From contig MU004186.1 of the NCBI GenBank assembly GCA_010093605.1, positions 1,282,616-1,346,615 of the forward strand: 64,000 bases of DNA, written 5' to 3'. The stretch is from Lophium mytilinum (lineage: Eukaryota). This document shows positions 56,760 to 64,000 of the stretch, piece by piece. Within the stretch, counting starts at the first letter, position 1, and each line of letters opens with the position of its first letter. The notes under the pieces were generated by a model. That model was not told the DNA's origin and did no database searches. It saw only the letters and a list, made by a program, of their open reading frames with translations. A program made the position numbers and the translations under genes.

Positions 56760-59060
56760 TATGTGGGCCCAATGAGGATAGCTGACGCTATCCTATCTCC
56801 TATTCCCTCATCGCACATCTATTTAGACTCTCTTGTCGGTGTACGAGGAACTTCATTCTGGTTTGAAGACATGGAGACTCATCGCTTTTCACGGACCTGA
56901 GGTTTTTGGGGGGCGTTAGACGGTGCCGGCTAATTGTACACAGATCTACTACAAGGGAGTGGGTGAATCCTGTCACGTGCTTTACACACTGTTAGGATCT
57001 CGTTCTGGAAACCTACATGTCGTCTTTCTACCGCATGAGGAATCTTAAGGTACGTGAAATAGATAGTCGCACATCGGTTTTCGGAATACTAAGACCCTAC
57101 GTGGCACCGTACACGATGCTGGCTAATTCTGCATAGATCTATCACAGGTAGATGCAGCCAGTGGATGCTTCTTGTCATTTTTCTTACATACTGTTGGGGT
57201 CTCGTCACAGAACTCCATACGTCATCTCGCCACCGCGTGAGGAGCTTCAAGGTAGTTAAAAGAGATGCGAAATTATCATATTTCACTATCCCGAGATCCT
57301 CCGCAGCATGCAAGGGTACCGCTCGAGCAGTGCTATATTAATGCATCTTAAATTAGCGCTCGAAAGCTAACATCATATCGATATCAAAGTCAAAACAGCG
57401 CGAACTGGCCTACCTTTTGACTCAACTAGCTATGGGCGACCTAGGGTTCTCCTAACAACGTTGTTAAGCACGCAAGCATACTGCTTGGGCAGTGGTGCTG
57501 CCTCAGCAACTAGCTGGTCTGTGATCTTACTGTTAAGTTTGAACTTTGGTGGTCCTGCGTCCGCAGCGCTGGTCTGTGACCTTTCTCTTAAGTTTGAACT
57601 TTGGTGGTCCTGCGTCCGCAGCGCTGGTCTGTGACCTTTCTCTTAAGTTTGAATTTTGGTGGTGCTGCGTCCGCAGCTAGCTGGTCTGTGACCTTTCTCT
57701 TAAGTTTAAACTTGGGTGGTGCTGCCTCAGCAACTAGCTGGTGAGTTGACCTTTCTCTTGAGTTTGAATTTGGGTGGTCCTGCGTCCGCAGCTGGCTTGT
57801 CTGTGACTTTTATTTCAAGTTTGAACTTGGGCGGTACTGCGTCAGCAGCTGGCTGGTCTGTGACTTTTGATGTCATATCCATTCCCTCTAAATTAGCGCT
57901 CGAAATCGTACACCATATCGATGTCAACGCCGACATAGCGCAAATCAGCGTATCTTTTACCCCATCCTTTTGCACCATCATATATCTCGCTAGACCACCT
58001 CAGATAGCTGTGTATTGAGGAGCGATACAGTCTGCCAGTAAGTGCATTAGATAGGTGCCCTTCCCATAATATTAGATGTCTTATCTTAGAGGCCTGTACA
58101 ATCTCTTGCCACCTCTTGAAGAGCCGTAAGGGGCCATCACGAGATGGAATTTCATCTTTTTCCACAATCATTAGCCTTCCTAGGGCACCCGGAGGAGAGA
58201 TAGGAGGAGGTGGCGGAGCGCGGATCGTATCCGAATTTTGGACCTCAGTCACAACTTGAGGTATAAGAGGTAATACTCATACGGCGGTGTATGAAGTTGC
58301 GATCCAGTTTGCTCGTGGATGCATTTCAATCGGGTGCGCTGTTCATACTGTCAGATGTCTCATCATATAGGTTTGTGTACACTCTCTTACCACCCCTTGA
58401 AGAGTCTAAACGGGCCTTCACGAGATGGAATTTCTTCTTTTTCCACAGTCAATAAACTTCCTTGGGCACCCCAGACGGCGGTGCATGAACTTGCGATTCA
58501 GCTTGCTAGTGGATGCATCCAAATCAGGTGCGCTGTTCGTATTATCAGATGTCTGATCATAGGTTTGTGCACACTGCTTTGCCATCGCATGAAGGACCTC
58601 AAGGGGCTTTTATGAGATGGAACTTCATTATATTTAACAATGAATAACCTCGTCGGAGCACCTCAGACGGTGGTGTATGGAGTTGTGCTGCGGTCTACCA
58701 GTGGGTGCAAATCGGTCAGGTGCGCCTCTCATATTATCAGACGTCTGTGTACACTCTTATGCCACCGCATGAAGTACCTCAAGGGCCCTTTGCGAGATGG
58801 AACTTCATTACTTTACACATTCAATAAGCTCGTCAGGGCACCTCAGACGGTGGTGTGCTAAGGTGTGCTGCAGTCTACCAGTGGATGCAATTCAATCAAC
58901 TGCGCTTCTCATGCTGTCAGGTGTCTCATCATAGACCTGTCTACGCTCTCTTGCCACTGTCTGAAGGACTTCGAGGAGCTTTTGAATACCGGAAATCAAT
59001 CATTTTGGACAGTCTGCAAGCTCGCCCAGCCACCTCAGACGGCGTTGCGCGTGTGCTAGG
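56760..59060 (+). repeat. Degenerate array of ~192-bp units (5 clear units 57995-59060, about 3 more decayed upstream)
   Basis: CAC(C/T)CAGACGG anchor at ~58001, (58278), 58472, 58664, 58844 and 59036, with periods 180-194. Shared AGTGGATGC, TGCCAC..TGAAG and GAGATGGAA blocks also occur at ~56760-57310. Confidence 0.8.
57490..57875 (-). repeat. Seven tandem 55-58-bp units, inverted relatives of the AMA1 coding repeat
   Basis: Unit starts 57494, 57551, 57606, 57661, 57718, 57776 and 57833. Minus strand reads KVTDQxAADAxPPKFKLKR. Confidence 0.92.
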
Positions 59061-59221
59061 ACCATGCTTCGCCAAGCCTCGACGCGTATAAGAGGGCTTC
59101 GACACTTCGTAGCAACTTCCACCATACATCCCCCATAACGTTCCAAAGCAACTTCCAAAGTTTCATCAAAAGCCACAAGTTTAAGCAAGAACGTACCCCT
59201 GATCCCCCACAATCCGTCAAA

Positions 59222-62200
59222 ATGACCGGATTGACCAAATACGCGCTCTATGGCGCTGCTGTAGTCGCTTTGGTGCCTAAGAAGCACCACAACTTCCACC
59301 CTGTTAGTGCACTTTGTTACCATTCATCATTAGTTCCATCATTAACCTACCCTTTTTGTCCAGCTCCCCATCATCCTGAAACGCCGCGTCCTCCCGGCGT
59401 CCCAGAAGCTCATCGCGGAGCCCCCCGAGAGACGCCGCGCGCATCCAGCCCTACACAACGTCATGAAACAGGCGTTGTTCATCGACTCTAGCCTCCTCAC
59501 CCCCCCTTCCTCGCCTGAAGTACGAGTCTTGCCCCTTATTCCTCCAATTGTGACGGAGGCCCAAGATTCGGATACGATCCGGGCTCCGCCACCTCCTCTT
59601 ACTCCTCCTACGTCTCCAACCAAGCCTCAGAGCTCGAATACGCTTGTTGACCTTGGTTTGGGCTTGGGACTCGTAGCGACTCCAGTATCACACGTTGATT
59701 GCCGCGACCCGATCAAACGCCCGGCTACCAATACCCCCCCGATCGATTGGGAGGCATTCCAGTTTCCAGCCGTCCCGAGTGAGTCAGCTGTAGCGACACA
59801 TTCCAAGTCAGAAGTCACAGACCCGCCAGCTGTTGAAGCAGCATCACCAAAGTTCAAAGTTAAGAGAAAGGCTCGCGGCCCTCTCCCGACAGAACGGACG
59901 CTCAATACTGAAAAGTCTCCATTGCCATCGAAAGTCATAGACCAGCTAGCTGTCGAGGCAGCATCACCCAAGTTCAAGCTTAAGAGAAAAGCTCGCAACC
60001 CTCTCCCGGCAGAACGGACGCTTCATACTGAAGAGTCTCCATCGCCATTGAAAACCACAGACCAGTCAGCTGTCGAGGCAGCAGCACCCAAGTTCAAGCT
60101 TAAGAGAAAAGGTCGCAACCCTCTCCCGGCAAAACGGACGCTCAATACTGAAGAGCCTATATTGCCATCAAAAGTCACAGGCCAGCAGGCTGCTGAGGCC
60201 GCACCACTCAAACCTGAGAAAATCGGTGACCCCAAAGGAAAGTTCCGCAGAAGCCGTCTCCCAACAGATTGGATGCCGTTAGAGGATACAAATGAGAGGA
60301 GGGACCCGATCCCAGCAAAATGGAGGCTCGACGCGGCTGCATTGGAAGATAAAAAGGAGCGGAGAGACCCGATCCCAGCAGAGTGGAGGCTCGACGCGGC
60401 CGCATTGGAAGATAAAAAGGAGAGGAGAGACCCAATCCCAGCAGAATGGAGGCTCGACGGGGCAGCATCGCAGGTCCCAGATGACAATGCTATTGAGCTT
60501 CCCGTTTCTCCATCAGTAGAAGTCGTGAAAGAGGTCGCCACTGAGGAAAGCCTCAGCATGGAGCTATTACCAACCAAAGTCAGCTTCATCATCCCAGAGA
60601 CCCCAGAGACTGGCTTTGCGATACCACTCTACCGCTCAGGTTCTCCGCTCAGGCCAAGCCAATGGGCTGCGAGAGGCGGCTCAAGGTCGCCTTTGCGCTC
60701 ACCAAATCGACACTCAGATCGATTCATACCACAAAGACGACCGGAAATCAGTACTAGAGAAAGTTTTCACTTGTCAAGAGCTACCCCGGTTGGTACCACC
60801 AATCCAGATCCATTCAGCCCGGTTCTTCGCAGAAGTCGACGCGTAAATGAGGAGCTTCGTACACTCCGTCAAAATCACTCGATGATGACTGCCAGAAACC
60901 GAAGCCGTGGTCGCATAGGGCTCCGATCGACCTCGACGGGCGTGAACCGCCAGGTGAGCGCCGGCGCTGTTTGGAACGTCGGTGGGTCTTCCGCGGCAAC
61001 CGATACCGTCGTTGGGGTCACCAACGGACGAGGAGGGCTCCTCGCAAGCGGCACCAATGCAGCATTGTATACTACCATGTTCATTACCGGAACAGATGCT
61101 GCCGCCGAACTGGACACCTATGAACAACGTCTCGCCCTCGCGCTCGACATTGACCAGTCTGACAAGACTCTGCACTTCGGCATGCCTCCCCTTGGACCCC
61201 CACTTCCGCAAGCGGTGCCAAACGGAGAGAGTAGCCGCACGAGGTCCCACGTGAGACCCATCTGGAATGATAGTACTTGGATGAGAAGAGGATCAACAAC
61301 GCGTTTGTTTTCATCACTTTTAAGGTTGACTATTTCAAGAAAGCTAACATGGTGAACTACTGCAGAGCCGAGTCCATCAGCACATGCAAACAAAAGATCA
61401 TTACCGATGCAACCTTACAGAGTTCTCGAAGCGCCAGACCTACGTGACGATTACTACTGTTCGGTCCTGTCGTACCACCCTCCTACAAAGATATTGGCCG
61501 TCGGACTCGGCAACGTGGTTCACCTCTGGACGGAGAAGTCTGGCGTTGGTGTCCCGGATACTTTGAATGCGGCGATACATGAGTCGGACCCCACAGGATA
61601 CATAACGTCATTGGCGCTTTTGCCAGCATCACCTTATGCGGTCATCGCCGTCGGACGCGCGGATGGTTGCTTCTCGCTTTGGAGTCCGTTCGACCAGATC
61701 GTCCGACACAACGTTCGACAAGCCAAGCCCATCTCCTGCTTGTCCTGGAGACCAAACGCCGTCAAGATGCCTGATTCGAGACGCATCGGGCAAATCGCCG
61801 ACACATACCAGCTTCTGGTTGGTGACGAGAAGGGAGACATTTTCATCTACTCCATCGAATGGCCGGACTGGGCAAGGGTTGTTGTCACAGAGTGGATTGG
61901 CAGCATAAAGCTCCTCGCCCACATCGAGGTCCACAAACAGCAGATTTGCGGCCTTGCGTGGTCTGCTGACGGCAAATACTTTGCAACGGGTGGCAACGAC
62001 AACGCCTGTTATCTCTTCCGTACCCGCAACATCCTGCGGGAAGTTCGCCGCAACCAAGACGGCACGTACCATAACGACCCTCGAGAAGTCATCCACGCAC
62101 TACCCGACGACACGACTCATCAGGTGCAGCGAAGTGGTCGAGGCGCTGCCCTCGAACTCGGCGAAGGACACCACGAGCACAGATGGCAATTCGATGCCGC

Positions 62201-62738
62201 AGTCAAGGCCATCGCCTTCTGTCCTTGGCTCAGCTGCCTTCTCGCCGTCGGCGGCGGTTCCAACGACCGCACCATCCGATTCTTTCACACCAAAACCGGC
62301 TCAGCCCTCGCCGAGATCGACTGCGCCGCTCAAGTCACCTCGCTCAACTGGAGCACAACTCGCCGCGAGATCGCTGCGACCTTTGGCTTTGCCCAGCCCG
62401 AGCATCCCTACCGCATTACCGTCTTCTCGTGGCCTTCGTGCGAGCAGGTTGTCTCCATCCCTTGGGAAGACGAGAGCCGAGCGTTGTGTGCCATCGCATA
62501 CGCCGGTGGGCCGAGCCATGAATATACTAGACACCGCGATGAGTCGAGCCGGAGCAGGACAAAACAGGAGGGAACTCTGATCATCGCAGGGAGCGATAGA
62601 ACAATCCGGTTCCATGAGATCTGGGCGGAGAGGCGGAAGGGTAAGAAAGGAAAGAAACCGATGGGATTGCTGGGTGGGAGCGAAATTTTGGAGGACATGG
62701 CTGGGATCGAGAAGGACTGGGGTGAGCACATCCGGTAA
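59222..62738 (+). CDS. AMA1: WD40 APC/C activator, Ama1-like (Cdc20/Fizzy family), with a repeat-expanded N-terminus
   Basis: C-box DRFIP, VSAGAVWNVGG, PYRVLEAPDLRDDYY, HKQQICGLAW, ATGGNDN, AAVKAIAFCPW..LAVGGGSNDR, C-terminal IR tail. Intron 61303-61365. Probable first exon 59222-59302 with intron 59303-59363; otherwise ATG 59463. Confidence 0.85.
59811..60470 (+). repeat. In-frame coding repeats in AMA1: 3.3 x 120 bp then 3 x 63 bp
   Basis: 120-bp units start 59811, 59931, 60051 and 60171. 63-bp units have GACCC at 60303, 60366 and 60429. Confidence 0.95.
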
Positions 62739-63220
62739 GCTGATCATTCAGGCTTGAGGCTTTGACTTCCTCTCTGCGTCCCTTCGGGGTTGCGAAGGGT
62801 TGAAGTTGGCTTCGCTAGATAGGTCGGGTTTCTCCGAGTGTTCTTGAAGATGGTGTTTTGGTTGGACAGGATTGGATCATGGACTGTTGTTGCTCTTTCC
62901 TTTTCTTCCTCGGCCTGTAGATAGATTTTCCGTCACGAATAAAGACGATGAATGAATAACGAGTCCTCAATATTGTCCCTTTGCCTGCCGCTGTGATGGG
63001 TGCTCTAACATACCGTGGGGGCTGTAGCATACTCTCTAGCCCACAAGGTGCTTGTTCCAACTTATTGTATGGATCTTATATTCCATCAAAAATCCGCTTA
63101 GTACCTACAGCCTCGTCACTACGTAAAGAGTCCAAACCTCCTCCCCCCCCCCGGCAGGCACCAACCCGATCCCCAATTACCTCCCGCTCCCCATCATCTC
63201 GCATCAGGATATCCGGCGTT

Positions 63221-63861
63221 TTTCATCAAAAACGTCTTCCAAACAAGCAACAACGTCTCCCTGGCCACCCACTGTCCCTTGAAATGACAGGGGTCATAAA
63301 AATTGCCTTGTATGGCGCTGTGGTCGCTTTGGAGCCTTAAAAAGTACCACAGCCTTCGTGCCGTAGATGAACCTAAGCCCATCCCTAGCGCAAACCCCTA
63401 GCTGTTGCGCCTATCTACCGTTAGCAAGCTAGTATTCCATCAGAGACGAATCAGCCTGGTATAGGGTGTGTTGGACATACGGATAGCCCCATTCCCCCTT
63501 CTTCCAATACAAACTACTCAACTCAGTGTTCTTTTCGTCACCTGCAGGCTGCCCACCCGCTTCTTTTCTCCCTCCGCCTCGCCATCGTTCCTCTCCTTCC
63601 CTCTCTCTCCCATTTTTACTCCCGTCCCCGTCACCTCTCACTCCGAAATGCCGCTTTTCCTATCCAAAGTCACGAATTTGAGCAAGAACTTACCCCGTTT
63701 CTCCCCACAAGCTCCAAATGGCCGGCTTAGTAGATGTGCGCGGTGATCGCTTTGGCGCCTTTGAAGCTCCACAAATTTCAATCAGGAGCGGTATTTGACA
63801 ACGCTACATAGCACCGCCATCGCCCCCCTAGTAGCCAAGAAGCACAACAACTTTCATTCCG
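63221..63861 (+). repeat. Degenerate direct copies of the 59161-59300 segment (AMA1 putative exon 1)
   Basis: 63221-63358 (TTTCATCAAAA..AAATGAC..TATGGCGCTG..GTCGCTTTGG..AAGTACCAC), 63661-63785, and a partial AAGAAGCACAACAACTT near 63838. Confidence 0.75.
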
Positions 63862-64000
63862 TAGAAAAGTCCAGCCTCCGCCTTTCCCCTGGTTCTTTCC
63901 CATCTCTCCCCAGCACCTCCCTCTTCCATACTCTCATACCTTCCACATTACCTCCCACAATAATTTCCCGCTTTTCGAATTATAGTTCGATTAAATGTAG

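Noticed and set aside
55600..59100. Transposon or LTR element
   Set aside because: No recognisable transposase, RT or integrase motifs, TIRs, TG..CA LTRs or short TSDs.
61303..61406. Apparent premature stop splitting AMA1 (possible A-to-I editing site)
   Set aside because: The stop at 61353-61355 lies inside a canonical 63-nt intron (61303-61365) whose removal restores the frame.
62780..62799. 7-bp hairpin CCCTTCG-N6-CGAAGGG after the AMA1 stop
   Set aside because: Short stem expected by chance; intrinsic terminators do not apply to Pol II genes.

Overview
Eukaryotic, intron-containing DNA from a filamentous ascomycete. Gene content and splice signals (GT..CTAAC/CTGAC..YAG, introns mostly 45-65 nt) suggest Pezizomycotina, probably Dothideomycetes; this is inference. 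The window is gene-dense and mostly housekeeping. In order it holds the 3' part of a PHD/RING-type protein, MED22, PSY2 (PP4R3), DHFR, cytochrome c, a CsgA-like SDR, a neurochondrin-like gene, PRO3, CTK3, mitochondrial L7/L12, an apparently intronless midasin, a divergent isochorismatase/urea-transporter pair, a DUF4050-like gene, MMS22/Mus7, a small spliced PIGBOS1-like membrane protein missed by the ORF track, a divergent sugar-porter/GH51 pair, BET4 and an AMA1-like APC/C activator. The most unusual part is 55.8-64 kb. The AMA1-like gene carries 120-bp and 63-bp coding repeats and a probable extra first exon. That exon is in frame with an upstream degenerate ~192-bp repeat array. The array is interrupted by two inverted, AMA1-derived pieces, and degenerate copies of the first exon recur downstream of the gene. 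Other degenerate repeat or pseudogene-like tracts lie at 2.7-4.2, 9.7-11.6 and 35.9-36.4 kb. Several sharp C/A-rich to G/T-rich skew switches occur regardless of gene orientation. No rRNA, tRNA, CRISPR array or intact transposon was recognised. All calls are by eye, with no database searches.
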